A stretch of 63,900 nt of DNA, filler included, from Bonamia ostreae (GCA_040357525.1; 18 parts of 18 records of this genome joined end to end with filler, not necessarily neighbours in it); one strand, 5' to 3'. Shown: positions 12,057-25,034, numbered from the whole stretch's first letter. Made by a program: numbers and translations. The notes: a model not told the origin generated them from the sequence alone.

Positions 12057-12794
12057 ATGGATCCAGCTTTACTTGAAAAACGCAGATTAATTAGATTAAA
12101 ATCTGCCCCCATTTTGCCGAAAGGCCTTACAATTTGGACTCCGTCGGAAGAAATCGACGTCGATTTATCTTCGACCGAGGATTCTGACGCGAAGCAGATT
12201 GAAAGAACCAACAACACAAAAAAATATGCCAAAAAAAGAAAAATCGCAGAAACAAAAATTCACAAAAATGCAAAAAATCCCTCAGAAATTTTTAGTGAAA
12301 AATTGACCGAAAAACAACAAGTTCCCGCTAAAATTGCCAAAAACGACGATTTGGCCGCCGGGCCGAAAACAGTCGAATCAACGACAGAGGCAAAGTTGTC
12401 TAAAAGGCCAATTGGACCTGCTTTGCCTCCTGTTTCAGACGCAAAAGTAAAAGGTTATGGAAGCGGTTTGTACCAAGGAGAAGGCGAAGCGATCGCAAAC
12501 TTTGTACAAAAAGGAATGAGAATTCCAAGGAGAGGAGAAGTCGGCTTGACTTCAAAGCAAATCGAAGATTTTGAGTCTTTGGGATACGTGATGAGTGGAA
12601 GCCGGCACAAGAGGATGAACGCTATTCGTATAAGAAAGGAAAATCAGGTTTATAGCGCAGAAGAGAAGAAGGCTCTTTCTGTAATCAACTTTGAAGAGAA
12701 AACTCAAAAAGAGAAGAAAGTTATGGCTGACATGCGCCGTTTCCTCAAATCTCGAATTTCTGCTGCGGCGGATGCCGAAAAGAAGGAAAAATAA
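12057..12794 (+). CDS. NKAP: NKAP-family splicing-associated protein (DUF926)
   Basis: GEGEAIANFVQKGMRIPRRGEVGLTS...GYVMSGSRHKRMNAIRIRKENQVYSAEEKKAL. Confidence 0.95.
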   Translation: MDPALLEKRRLIRLKSAPILPKGLTIWTPSEEIDVDLSSTEDSDAKQIERTNNTKKYAKKRKIAETKIHKNAKNPSEIFSEKLTEKQQVPAKIAKNDDLAAGPKTVESTTEAKLSKRPIGPALPPVSDAKVKGYGSGLYQGEGEAIANFVQKGMRIPRRGEVGLTSKQIEDFESLGYVMSGSRHKRMNAIRIRKENQVYSAEEKKALSVINFEEKTQKEKKVMADMRRFLKSRISAAADAEKKEK

Positions 12795-12864
12795 ATTTAA
12801 TTTTTTGACCATTTTATTTTGACCATTAAAATAGTTTTAGCTTAATTCGATAAAACGATTAGTC

Positions 12865-12936
12865 GTTTTAGGATTTAGTCCATTAAATGTTTTAGGATTT
12901 AGTCCATTAAATGTTTTAGGATTTAGTCCATTAAAC
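12865..12936. repeat. Short tandem repeat, 3 copies
   Basis: gttttaggatttagtccattaaat-like unit repeated 3 times between NKAP and TAF9. Confidence 0.85.
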
Positions 12937-12960
12937 GTGTTTTAGTTTTATAAATTTAAG

Positions 12961-13314
12961 ATGAACTCTGAAAGCAAAGAATACATAAAACGGTGTTTTA
13001 AGAAAATAAAAATTGGAAAAAACGTCGACGATTCAGTTTTGAATTATCTATCCCACGTACTTGATAAATTGATCCAGGAAAATCTTGCCAAATGTTCGAA
13101 TCTATGCGCCATTTCCGGAAAATCCGAGATTGATGCCAATATAATTAACTATTTTGACGAAAAGCTTAATAAGACCGATAATGGCCTATTCTTAGAAATA
13201 GCGGACGAAATCAATAAAAGGCCAATTGAAAGTCTGCCGAGAGGAGTCGGACCGTTTCTCCCAGATTTCAATACCGCTAATTGGAATTACGATCTTGTCA
13301 AAATCAACAAATAA
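12961..13314 (+). CDS. TAF9: TFIID subunit 9-like histone-fold protein
   Basis: Histone fold followed by FLEIADEINKRPI..LP..GPFLP...NWNY. Confidence 0.7.
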   Translation: MNSESKEYIKRCFKKIKIGKNVDDSVLNYLSHVLDKLIQENLAKCSNLCAISGKSEIDANIINYFDEKLNKTDNGLFLEIADEINKRPIESLPRGVGPFLPDFNTANWNYDLVKINK

Positions 13315-13400
13315 AGTTTAATTAAAATCTACTTTTATTAACATTTCGAACATTAAATTTGCCCAAAAACATTAAATTTGATTATTAAAATTTCCATTTA

Positions 13401-14205
13401 TCACTCAATTTCTCAATTTCGGGGGTTCATCATTGGATCGCTTAAATTCGGATAATTTTCTTGGGCCATTAAGTTGCTATTTGGTTGGCTAAATCCTTGG
13501 TGGTTCGTTTGTAGAGAAGGTTGTTTCCGCATCTGCAAATTCATTGCAATATCCCCCGGCGTCGTTCTTTTCGACGAATAGTAATCACAAATTTGCCTTT
13601 TCTTAAATCAGTTTAATCAAACCAATAAAGTATTGATGTTTTCAACCAACAAATCATCGTTGGGTTGTCTTCTCAGCAAACCGCTGTAATCCATAAACAA
13701 CACATTCTTTCTCTTTTTTAAAATTAGGTTTTATAAATTATCCGAATTTTTAAAATTTGCAAAATATCGGAATTGCCAAATTGCCTCGATTTTTAATGTC
13801 GCGATGAAGTCCTGATGTTTTGCAAAGCTCCCTGGTCCGATTCCGAGAATGAGAACGGTAATCGGAAAATTTGACAATTCGTTAAAAGCGCACCATTGTT
13901 GTTTATAATCTTCAAAGTCTGTTGTTTGATGTTAAAATAACCGCCGTTGGTCATTAGAACAAAGAGAACATAGTACTTTTCAATATTGCCGCAATTCGAC
14001 GAAACCAGCAATTGTGCTGTCTTTAGTACTTCGGATAGAGTTTTGGATGCACCAAAACCGACTCTGTCGCGAGCTTTGGAATAAGTGGCCCAAATTTCTT
14101 CGTAAGTGCTTTGTGTTTTCTTGTTGTTGTCGAATGACATCAGAAAGCAATCACTCGTCGAATTGTTCAGTTTTGCATTCTAAATTTTTTTGGGGTTTAA
14201 AGACC
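13401..14205 (-). CDS. Copine-like vWA protein, 3' part
   Basis: FALSFDN...EEIWATY...YYVLFVLMTNGG...LPFS resembles the copine vWA domain. Confidence 0.55.
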
Positions 14206-14710
14206 NNNNNNNNNNNNNNNNNNNNNNNNNNNNNNNNNNNNNNNNNNNNTTAATTAATTAANNNNNNNNNNNNNNNNNNNNNNNNNNNNNNNNNNNNNNN
14301 NNNNNCCACCATGCATAGAATCAAGAAAGAACTTTAGTCTGCTAATCCTTACTATGTCTGGACCTTCAAAACATTTATTTTATCCGATGCTAACTGGACC
14401 TCCGTCCCTTATAGCATCCTCTTCCGTTCACACCTTCGCCGCCTCCCTTCTCCTTATAACTTCCCATATAAAGGAGTGCAGTTTTCGAGGTTGTTCTTAG
14501 ATCAAGTTCACTCTTTCGTATGCGTTGCTGATGGTTTCTTTTCCCAGAAACATTTTCCTGAGTGATCCTGATCTACTGCATTCGAACACGCCGAAGTTGA
14601 AATAATTGTTCAACCGTTTTTATGCTTCGATTTTAATGTGCTAGTTTTCACAATAAAAATTTTTAACGTTATTAAAAAACAAAAATCCAATCTTCAATAG
14701 CTACAAAATT

Positions 14711-16306
14711 ATGAAGAAATTTGAAAAAACGAATGAGAGTGTCAGTAATAACACCAGAAATTCGGAAACTGAAAACGTTACAGCTATTTCGTTTACAAAC
14801 GAAGAAAAATGTATTAGTAAAAATGACAAAGAATACAAAAACTATAAAAGTGTTATGATAAACAACGAAAGAGAGTTCGGCTCAATCTCTGCAACGATTT
14901 GTTACTTTCTTTTTTACTTTATATTCGCAGCTGCAATAATCATTGCTTCCCTGTATTTTTGTGAAGACGAAACAAAGAAATTAATTTTTGGGCTTTACCA
15001 AAACAGAATACTCAACAAAATTATCGTCACACTTGGTAATCAATTATTTTAGTTTTAAGTTTTGATTTTTGTTGGAATCAATTTGTTTTTCTTGTTTACT
15101 TTGTTAGTACGATATGCTACGTCAATTGTCATTGTTCTAGCAATGATTTTGTGCTCAATCGCTTTTATCGTTCCTTATCTTTATCTAATCAAAAACGGTT
15201 TTCAGATATTATTTTAAAAGGGTACGTCGTTTCAGCGGTCTCATTGTCAATAATTTGGTGTTTGTTTTTGGTTTTTGCGATAAATGGAATCATTATTCAC
15301 AAATTCTTATCCGTAGTCTTTCGAAATGGAATGCTTTCACTTTCAAGAAACGTTGGCATTTTTCTTTTTCCTGTTGTGACAATTCCACCACAGGTTTAAT
15401 TTTATGTCAATTGATTGTATTGCAAATGAAGTTTGTCATTGAACTTTTTGGAAGCAAAATCGCAATTTGTGTTTTGAAACAAACAGGAAAAAAGTACGTG
15501 TTTGTAATGATAATGTTTATGGTAAATTTTATATCGGCTTGTTTTATTAATTATTTTAGATGACACTGTATTTTTGGTTTTGACATCATCGTTTGTAACC
15601 TTATTTGACGCCAAATCAGAAAATCAAAACGGGAAAATACTTTTCAAAGCTGCCAAAAATGCTTTGTTTGGAATGGGATTTATTTTTTTGATGTGTGCAT
15701 TTATTTTAGCGTTAATCGAAATGGGAGTGATATTTGTAATTCAGAATTTTTCAAAAACAAAAGATAACTCTTTTATGATCGCAGTAATTTTCGGCACTGT
15801 CTTAGTGCACATTTTTTGGAGTTTGATAGTAATCGCTTTGCAGACTGTTTTACTTTGTATTACTATTTTTTAATTTAGAAGGTTGCGCGCCCAGATTCAA
15901 ATTATTTCCGTCTTTTTAAGGACGAATCAGGTTTAAGATTTTGAAATTTAAGTGTTGTTGTTTCTAAAAATGAGCATTGACTTTGTTTTGGACACCATAA
16001 TTTGGACAATACTGGCTTTAAGTGTAATAATTCTGATATCTGGTGCAAAGGTAATGTCTGTTTCAGAGTACACAGAAATTAACGGAATACAAACGGTTTT
16101 AATTTTGACGGTTTTTACAATAACATTAGTTTTTGTTGAAATTTTGGAGAAAAGCATTCATTTTGGTGCGTTCAAGTATGTTTATGCATATTGTGAACTA
16201 CAGGAATAGAAAATACATTGTAGCCGATGGAGAAAATCTACCCGCGTCAATTGTTAAATTGAGTAAGGAACGCAGATCGTCGAGACTTATTAAAAATATT
16301 TTGTAA
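14711..16306 (+). CDS. Multi-pass membrane protein, possibly choline-transporter-like family
   Basis: About 10 hydrophobic segments spread over micro-intron-separated exons. Confidence 0.5.
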
Positions 16307-17647
16307 TTTCTTATAATGGGGATTTATTTAAATCTAATATAAAAGTTGGGGAGTATATAAAACATAACACTTGGTAACAATGCACAATTTCAAACATAGT
16401 TCCATGTATCTAAACAATGCACACTTTATTAAAAAACACGTGTATCTAAGATGAGATTAAGTCGTTCAAGGAATTAAAGAGGCGAACATAACTTTAGGAA
16501 ATTACATCAGGAAAACTACATACTGACAATAATTCGTTATGTAATCGAAAAAAGTTTTATTATAGGGACAAGTTTTCATTCTAAAAATAAAAAATTTAAT
16601 AGAACAGTTCTCGGCAAAACATTACAACAAACTCATTTACATATTTGTTCGTTTACAACAAACTCATTACAACAAAAAATTCCCGGTTAAAACTCCTGTT
16701 ATTAAAACACGAGATAAAAATTTACGATTGGAATGGTCTCAAGCTTATCTCCAGCAAAAATTTATCTCAAATGTTTACTGATTTATCTCAAGCTAGTCCA
16801 GGGCATCTTTGGATGGCCCTGATAAGTGGCAAAAGGGTTGAAGACCAGTTAAAAACATTTTAAAGAAAAAAAAGTTAAATTTTCAAATTTATCTCTTAAC
16901 CTCCATTATCGAATTGACGATTTTAGATTTAACGAAAGTTCTCCACGTAGGAAAGCCCTTTTTTCTCTTTTCCGGATAAAACTCCGAATAACCAAGCGTT
17001 GAATCCTCAAAAACAGGGTACTTTTCAAATTCCTTTTCATCCACTTTGACGATACTGGGCTATTTTTTATATATTTAAAAACCTCAACTTCTCTGTCTAT
17101 CTTTTCAAGTTCTCTTATTATCTGCAAATTGTTCGGAAAGTTGTAACTGGTAAAACTGCAAATTATTTTAAAACAATCTGTAAAAGAATTGGCCGATGCA
17201 ACAGAACAAGCAACTTAAAAAAGTCGCGATCCACATCGGAATCTGTCTGATCGCGTAAACAGCGCAGCCTTGATTGTCTAATACAAATGACAGCTCATTC
17301 AATGACAGTGTCAGAACCCACCTTTTAATGCTCATTCAAAAAAAAACCAGAGAGGCATTGAAAACATGTACGACAAAACATGTCCCACATTAAACTTTTC
17401 TATCTCAAAGATGACTTGTATGGTCATAACTGCCAGCTGTTTTTATTTTAAAAGCAAACCATGGATGTAAAAATCGAGTACGAAACATAACAAAGTGCCA
17501 ACCCCTTTCCATCTGCGCCGTTATAATTTACGTCAAAGACAAAATAGGTAACCATGTATATCAACAGAACGTCAATGAACGCTTTTAGGACGTATAAAAG
17601 GAACTTTGTTGTAACAATAAATAACAATTCGCCAAACAATACAGCCC

Positions 17648-17777
17648 CAAAGAACAATGTAGCAATAGTTAACATAACAAAGAACAATGTAACAATAGTT
17701 AACATAACAAAGAACAATGTGACAATAGTTGACATAATAAAGAACAATGTAACAATAGTTAACATAACAAAGAACAA
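17648..17777. repeat. 30-nt minisatellite running into the contig end
   Basis: caaagaacaatgtaacaatagttaacataa, more than 4 copies. Confidence 0.95.
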
Positions 17778-17877
17778 NNNNNNNNNNNNNNNNNNNNNNN
17801 NNNNNNNNNNNNNNNNNNNNNTTAATTAATTAANNNNNNNNNNNNNNNNNNNNNNNNNNNNNNNNNNNNNNNNNNNN

Positions 17878-17990
17878 AAACTGATTTGCGATTAATTGTA
17901 ATTTTGAAATTGTTCAATTTTATCGCCATTTTAAAACTGATTTGCGATTAATTGTAATTTTGAAATTGTTCAATTTTATCGCCATTTTTA
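17878..17990. repeat. Direct tandem duplication of about 56 nt
   Basis: aaactgatttgcgattaattgtaattttgaaattgttcaattttatcgccatttta twice. Confidence 0.9.
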
Positions 17991-18302
17991 AGGTGAGAAT
18001 TTTTATATTTTAATTCAAAAATCGATTTCAATTTTTGCAATTTTCGGCTGATTTTTGCCAATTGTTAAAATCATTTTAAAATTTAAGTTGAAACAAGCAA
18101 TCTTCGAATCTGCGTCAGGAAATTTGCTATTTGAAATTATCCACAACGTAAAATAAATTGTCCGATTTGTAAATTGCTGCATCTCCGAATAACAATTAAA
18201 CACAGAAATTTATATATTTGCCCATGAAACAAAGGGCCATTAAACAGAGAAATTTGCCATTAAACAAAAGTTGCGAATTGCAAAAATATTCTGTCATTGT
18301 AT

Positions 18303-18988
18303 TCACTTCTTTTCTTTTAGAATAGCGGAAAGCCAATCGAGCCCTTCGTAGAGCCCTTCGGCGTTCGTAGCGTTGGTGCCTTGAATGTGCCACTTCCTGT
18401 TTTTGATTTCTTGCAACCCTAATTTCTCAGCTACTTCCGGCACGCGCATCGCGTTCGGCAGATCCTGTTTGTTCGCGAAGACGAGCAGCGCCGCGTCTTT
18501 CAGTTCATCCTCGCTCAGCATTTTTTCCAACTCCTCCCTCGCTTTTGTCGTTAGCGCTTTTAAAACCGTTGCTGCCCTCTTCCTCGCTGTTGTTGCCGGC
18601 GATTCTCTCTCTGTCGTTCGAGTCCACCACGAAGATTACGCCGTCCGTGTTCTGATAGTAGTGGCGCCAAAGCGGGCGGATTTTGTCTTGGCCGCCGACA
18701 TCCCTAAAATATTCGGTTTAGAAAGTCCGAAGACAGAATGCAGTGTTAAATTAAAATGGCGAAGGTCCAACCATACGGTGAATTTGATGTTTTTGTAATC
18801 GACAGTTTCGACGTTGAAGCCAATGGTGGGAATGGTGGTGACGACCTCCCCCAGTTTTAGTTTGTAAAGAATTGTGGTTTTGCCAGCTGCGTCTAAACCG
18901 ACCATCAAAATGCGTCTTTCCTCTGATCCAAATAACTTAGAGCTTAAATAAGTTATGTTTACAATATTTTGGTCAATGAGATGCCCAT
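18303..18988 (-). CDS. ARF1: ADP-ribosylation factor 1 (4 exons)
   Basis: [14 protein letters not shown]...GLDAAGKTT...WDVGGQDK...NKQDLPNAM...GLYEGLDWL; introns 18943-18962, about 18704-18771 and 18542-18566. Confidence 0.97.
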
Positions 18989-19311
18989 GAGATGTTTAGG
19001 TTAAAATTTAGCTAATGTGCACGGGTGTGATAGTAAAGTGATTTATATATAATTTGGGTTTCTGCTAAATTTTTGGAGCCAATAAATTGTTAAATATGTC
19101 ATTTTTTGTGTTTTCGGTTTGTTTAAAATGGTTTTCATAGTTTCGGTTTGGCGACCAAAATTTTCATAGTTTCATTGATCAAAAATTGTTTATTTTTAAA
19201 ATAATGGCGATAATTAAATTATAATTTATTATGGCAATAATTTATTCCGAAAATTTGTCAACGTTTCTTTTTATTATGTCACTGCTAAACTTAAGTACTA
19301 AAAATTTTAAA

Positions 19312-20204
19312 CTATTCAAAATATAAAAATACAACGCTGACTTAAAATGTACTCGTAAGTGGTCATCCTTTTAGTCGAAAGAAAAATGTGAAATGACAAC
19401 AGATATATCAAGGACGTCATTAGTACCAAGGTCATCACCATGTTCACAAATACCAAAATCTGATATGTTAATAGAGACATTCCCAATAAATTTTCCCATC
19501 TAATTTTTCAAAAGTTAATTGTAACAACTATAAATACAAGTAATAATGAAAAAACTCATCCTTTGATGTAAAAGAAACAACAAATCCAAAGATACTAGTC
19601 CCAAAAGAAAATAAAAGCATTAACAAAGCACTTATAGCTGAAGTACAAAACCATTTGTAGTTTTTTCTCGAAACGCAATTATTTAACCATTTGCAATGAT
19701 GGTCAAAATGCTCTGTACATCTTTAAATTTTTTATTTTGCAAAATGCCAATTTTAAACTGTTTCAATGAAAATTTTCCATTTTTATCGTTTTAACGTATT
19801 TTAAAGAAATTAATTACATACCTATCACATTCTCGACAATGCTTTGTATCCAAGCCGACATTCCATCTACAATAATCGCACCATTTAGTTTTATTGGACT
19901 CTATTTGATCCCGTCGATGTTCTAATTCAAAACTGCTCAAATTGAATTCGCTGAAAGGATCCGGAAAACCTCTTTTAAGCAGATGTTCGTCAGCTACGTT
20001 CATTGAAGTAGCCATCCAAGTCGTGCCAAATGTCGTCATTGAAAGGATAGCAAAAACAATTGCTATCCAAATTAATGAATAGTCGTTCGATGAATAAGAA
20101 GTCCAAACAATTAAATAGAAGTAGCAAATGAGGAAACCATATATCCCCCAACTGATTATTTGCAATGCGTGATATGGTTTTTGGAAACCATTCAAGCGAG
20201 TCAT
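19312..20204 (-). CDS. DHHC palmitoyltransferase (ZDHHC1/11-like)
   Basis: RLNGFQKPYHALQIISW, KHCRECDR, FDHHCKWLNNCV, MTTYEYI. Confidence 0.92.
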
Positions 20205-20459
20205 AGGATTTTATTCAATAAAATCTAGCTTTCCGGCTAAATTTTATTGGCTAATTATTAAATCTCAGATTTGTCCTTTTAAAATTTTCTTAAATTTACT
20301 TTTTTTAAATTTTAACTTGAATTTTTATTAAAAAAATTTTGATCTGAAAAAATTAAATAAGACAATCAGCATTTAATAAGACAAGTAAAATTTGTTTTTA
20401 AACAAATTTTCAATTTTGTGAAAATTGTCAAATTTAGACAAATTTATCTTCCTTAGATT

Positions 20460-21347
20460 TTTGAAGCATCGAATTATGGCGTTTTTATCAATCAAAAAAG
20501 CCTTTTCCGCCTAAAGATTAATAAAATGTATTAAATAGAACCCATTTTTCGATTTCGAATTCAAAAACATATTCACTATTCAATCTTAAGATGAAGTTTC
20601 TTACAGTGATTTCGAGATTGAAGACGACAATTTTTAAAGATTTCATATTTTTACAATTTTCCGTTAACAGATAAAGCGTTTTTATAATTTTGTGTTGATT
20701 TTTGATATCTCTGCATATTTCAAGATAACAAATTTTATTCTTCGACAAAGTTTTGTCCAACTTTTTGAATTGTATTTAAATAAAATTGAAAAACGTTTTT
20801 TGAGAAACTGATCAAAATTTGTTGGTATTTCTTGATTTCTTCTTTGTAAACGCTTTTGTTTTTGTTCTGATTATATTGCATTTTCATACAGTGCCAAGTC
20901 TTTAAATTTATTAAAAAAAACATTGTAGCATCTTTGATATTCAAAATCAAGATTTAACTTTTTTAATTTGACATAGTTTTAATAAAAACAAATTTCTAAA
21001 GTTATCTAATTTTAAACGGAATATTTGTTAAACAAACAATTTGATAAAAATCAAAATTTTCCAAAAAGACTGAAAAATTGTCGATTTGTATTTTCAAAAT
21101 TCTAAAATAATCTTTCAACAATATTTTTGAATCCGCTTCAGAATAAATAAGACAATAGCGATCAACCAACCTATTCAAGACCTTAAAAAAGTTTTTTAAA
21201 CGTTAGCTTGAATAATTATTTGGTCGGTATCAGAAAAAAAATCTCTTTTATCGAAAAAAGCACTCAAATCGATTAAAATATTGCTTGATTCGAAGAAAAA
21301 ACATGTGAGTGACGTGGATTTTGAAATACAATTGTTGATCATTTATC
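20460..21347 (-). CDS. Hypothetical protein, 3' part
   Basis: Chain of same-strand ORFs; no family recognised. Confidence 0.35.
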
Positions 21348-21516
21348 NNNNNNNNNNNNNNNNNNNNNNNNNNNNNNNNNNNNNNNNNNNNTTAATTAAT
21401 TAANNNNNNNNNNNNNNNNNNNNNNNNNNNNNNNNNNNNNNNNNNNNTTTTTTTAGAAATTTTATTTTTATTATGTTTTAAGATTTTATTATCATTATTT
21501 AAATAATAAAGATTTT

Positions 21517-21980
21517 TCTTGGATTCGCTTTTAATTACGGTGCTTTGATGGGAATAATGGCCGTAACAGGTCAGTTTCAAGCTAGCACGGCATTTCCTCT
21601 TTATGTAGCTGGAATCTTCCATACTTTGATTTACGATACGATCTACGCGTTCCAAGGTTTATTGTTACAAAATAGATATCAAAGACGACAAGAAAATCGG
21701 CGTTAAGTCGTTGGCGATTTTCATTGAAAAAAATCCCAAAAAATGGCTGTCTTCTTTTTCCGTGTTGATGGCCATGTTTTTATCTGTTTCCGGATATTCT
21801 GCCGAAATGGGATTTTTGTTTTATTCCATTTCGGTCGTTGGTTCCTTAGGCCATTTGTGTTGGCAAATAAACACTTTGAATACCCAAAAACCTGAAAAGT
21901 GCAAAGAACTGTTTATTAGCAATAAATGGACCAGTTCGATCATTTTCGCCGGGATCGCATTGGACAAACTTTTGAAATAA
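21517..21980 (+). CDS. COQ2: 4-hydroxybenzoate polyprenyltransferase, 3' part
   Basis: LGFAFNYGALMG...YDTIYAFQDIKDDKKIGVKS after removing the 19-nt intron 21657-21675. Confidence 0.93.
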
Positions 21981-21987
21981 TAAAAAT

Positions 21988-23603
21988 TTAAAATTTAATT
22001 TTCTTCAGCGACTTTATTTTCTTTGTGCAAAATGGGCACTTTTTTCTCAATAGTTTCATTTCGCAAACTTCACATAAAACATGACTAGTTTTTAAAAGTA
22101 TCAAACCCGCAGGGCACTAAACATTTCTTCATTACTTTTGACCTGCAACCTTGGCAATTTGAAGCTTTGGAAAGAGATTTCAAAAGTTCGTCGTGATAAT
22201 TTGCTCTGTTCTTTAAAATTTCTAGATTTCTCTAAAATTTTTTTGGAATAAAACTGTCCCCATTATTTCCGAGATTAATTTATCTACTAACAGAGCTTCC
22301 TTTACGCGTGCTAGACCGGAAACTTCAATTTCGCTTTCTGTAACATTGCTATCAGAAAGGCGTTTATTTACGCCTTTTATAAATTTTACTGCGAATTTGA
22401 GTAAACTGAGAGTTTCAGCTCTTATTAACGCGCTAAGTCTGTCTACTTCGCTGTGGATGTCTTCATCGTCATCGATTTTCGACTCTTCGCGTTTCCCCAA
22501 TTTTCCCGAAATGTAGTTATTTTCGATCTTTTTTTGAACGGCATTGAATATTAGTGTTTCGGATTTAGATATAGCTTTAATATTAAGGTGTATGCGTATA
22601 TTTGCAATTTGTGAATGATCGCAAATTCAGTCATTTGGGAATTTAGAAATAAATCATCCCGTCCAGAAATAAATTTAGAAAGATTTTAAAAAAATCAGAT
22701 TTTACTAAACTGTCGTATAAAACAAAAGCTACTTTGAATCTCCGAAATGTCCAAACATTAAAAACAGTTTTGTTTCGATCAAACTTGGATTTAAACGAAC
22801 AATCGGCCGCTTTCGTTTTTATCTTCGAAAGAGCCTCTTTGCAGTCCTCCAAACGACTGTTTTTAAACACGAACGAAAGTTTTTTGTTTTTACGCTTTTT
22901 GACGACGATTTTGTTCGCCGGTTTTAATTTTCCAACGTCCAAGTTGAGCAAATCGGCCGAAATTTTGTCTAGTTGTTTCTGCGTGGTCTGCTCCAGTTTG
23001 GGCACCAAGTCCATCTTCTTCTCAAATTTTTTTCTCTTTTGATACCTCTCTTTCAATGTGTCCACATTCAGCGATGTCTGCTCAACGACTGCTTCTGGTT
23101 TCTGTTTCGTGTCTGAATTTTTTAAAGTCAACTCTTGTTGTGGCGTCTGCAGTTTTCGTAGTTACTTATCACGGCCATCGTCGTCGGCCTCAGATCGCTC
23201 TTCGAGTGCGCGAAAGAACACATTTTCCCGGAACGACAGCCTTTGCCTCTGTAGCAAAGGGTCGTCAGGTACAAATGCGGGTGGTACCAATTCTCGAAAA
23301 TGGTGTGCGCCTTCTTGCAGTTGTCGCCCTGGAATCAATTTGGCCTTAAAAACGTCTCTACAGAATTTGGCTTCGACGAATGCACTCATTTTCGACTGAG
23401 AACTCGGGTTGACCGCGGGGCAGAAAATCCAACTGTAATCGTATTCCAGCGGATTCCTTCTTCTCTCCTTTAAATTTCGATTCGCAAACGTATTCGTGGT
23501 GGTAATCCGGGCAGTAGCGCTGAATCCCGGCGTCGACTGCGGTGTGGGCGGTGCAAGGCTTCGTTTTGTATTTGTACAGGTAAAAATCGACATTGCGAGA
23601 CAT
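21988..23603 (-). CDS. Unkempt-like CCCH zinc finger plus C-terminal RING protein
   Basis: FYLYKYKTKPC...CPDYH..ERRRNP..YDY...C; C-terminal CQGC...PCGHVLCEVC...CPFC. Confidence 0.65.
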
Positions 23604-23680
23604 TACGAATTTAAACTATATTATATCGCAAATTTAAGCTGTATATAAGTCCGTTAAGACAAATTAACCAAAATAGCTAA

Positions 23681-24770
23681 ATGGAGAAGGATTTTAGGTT
23701 AGACTTGAAACAAGGTCCGTATTTCCATTCCTATTCTCGAAACGGGCGAGATCTGCTTTTGGGCGGGCAAAGAGGCCACGTCGCTCTTTTCGACTGGCAC
23801 AAGCCCCGGATTAAAACCGAACTGCAACTGGAAGAAAGAATCAACGACGTCTGGTACCACTTATTCATAAAAGCACGCTGTTCGACGACTCGTTGTTCGC
23901 CGTCGCGCAGAAGAAGCATCTCTACATGTACGACAACAACGGAATCGAAATCCATTGCATCCGAAAACACAAATTCGTGCACAAATTGACTTATCTCCCT
24001 TACCACTTCCTTTTATGCTCGATCGTTTTTTTTCGATTGTTCCTTTTAGGGCAAATTTGGAATTCTGAAGTACATCGACATATCGACCGGAGAAGACGTC
24101 TCTGCGCTCAATACGAAATCGGGTCCGTGCGGGGTGATGCAGCAAAATCCTTGGAACGCTGTGATTCATTTGGGCCACCTGAACGGGAGCGTGACTCTTT
24201 GGTCCCCAAAAACGCTAAAGCCGTTGGCCAAGATGCTCTGTCACAAAGCACCCGTCACTTCCGTCAATATTGACATGCTCGGCCGATATCTGGTCACTTC
24301 GGGGGCGGACAACAAGATAAAAGTGTGGGACCTGCGGAAGTTTGGACTGCTGCACGGCCATCACAAAAAAGTGTCCAAACCAAACTGCGTCGCCTTGTCC
24401 CAGAAAAACATGCTCGCCGTAGCAGAAGGACCGAGAGTTTCTGTGTACGAGAACATTGTTGTCAAGAAACTGGATAACCAGGTCAAACGAGCATTGTTTC
24501 CGGGTCACAGAATAACAGTTTTTGTCTTTTAAATTTTCAAAGTCGGTCAGTTTTTGTCCGTTCGAAGATGCTTTGGGGCTTTCCAAATCGGAGGGATTCA
24601 GCACTTTAATGGTGCCTCGATCGGGCGAGGCTGACTTTGATTCTCTGGAGATAAACCCGTTTGAGACGAAAGGAGAGAAGAAGAATCGACTCGTCCGTTC
24701 TTTGTTGGACAAGGTCCAACCCGAGTTGATAACGCTCAACCCGAACGACATTGGAAAGATTTTAAATTAA
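23681..24770 (+). CDS. UTP7: WD40 SSU-processome protein WDR46/Utp7 (4 exons)
   Basis: [70 protein letters not shown]. Confidence 0.95.
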
Positions 24771-25034
24771 ATTTTACTAATTCCAAACATCTTCCGCAAA
24801 CATTCAAAGTTATAAACCTTTTTATTGTGATTTTTTTTATTTTTTCGTTTTATGTTTTCGCTTTAATGGGCGATTATTTTATTGTTTTCGAAGATTTGTC
24901 GTTTTTGGATTTTGNNNNNNNNNNNNNNNNNNNNNNNNNNNNNNNNNNNNNNNNNNNNTTAATTAATTAANNNNNNNNNNNNNNNNNNNNNNNNNNNNNN
25001 NNNNNNNNNNNNNNAATAATAAAATTGGTAAAAT

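Noticed and set aside
12865-12936. TTTAGG-containing repeat as a telomeric array
   Set aside because: The hexamer is embedded in a longer unit, with only 3 internal copies
14306-14620. Possible retroelement remnant
   Set aside because: No convincing open frame or motif by eye
18704-18771. GTC-TTCG-GAC tetraloop in ARF1 intron 2
   Set aside because: Only a 3-bp stem and no snoRNA boxes; compatible with chance
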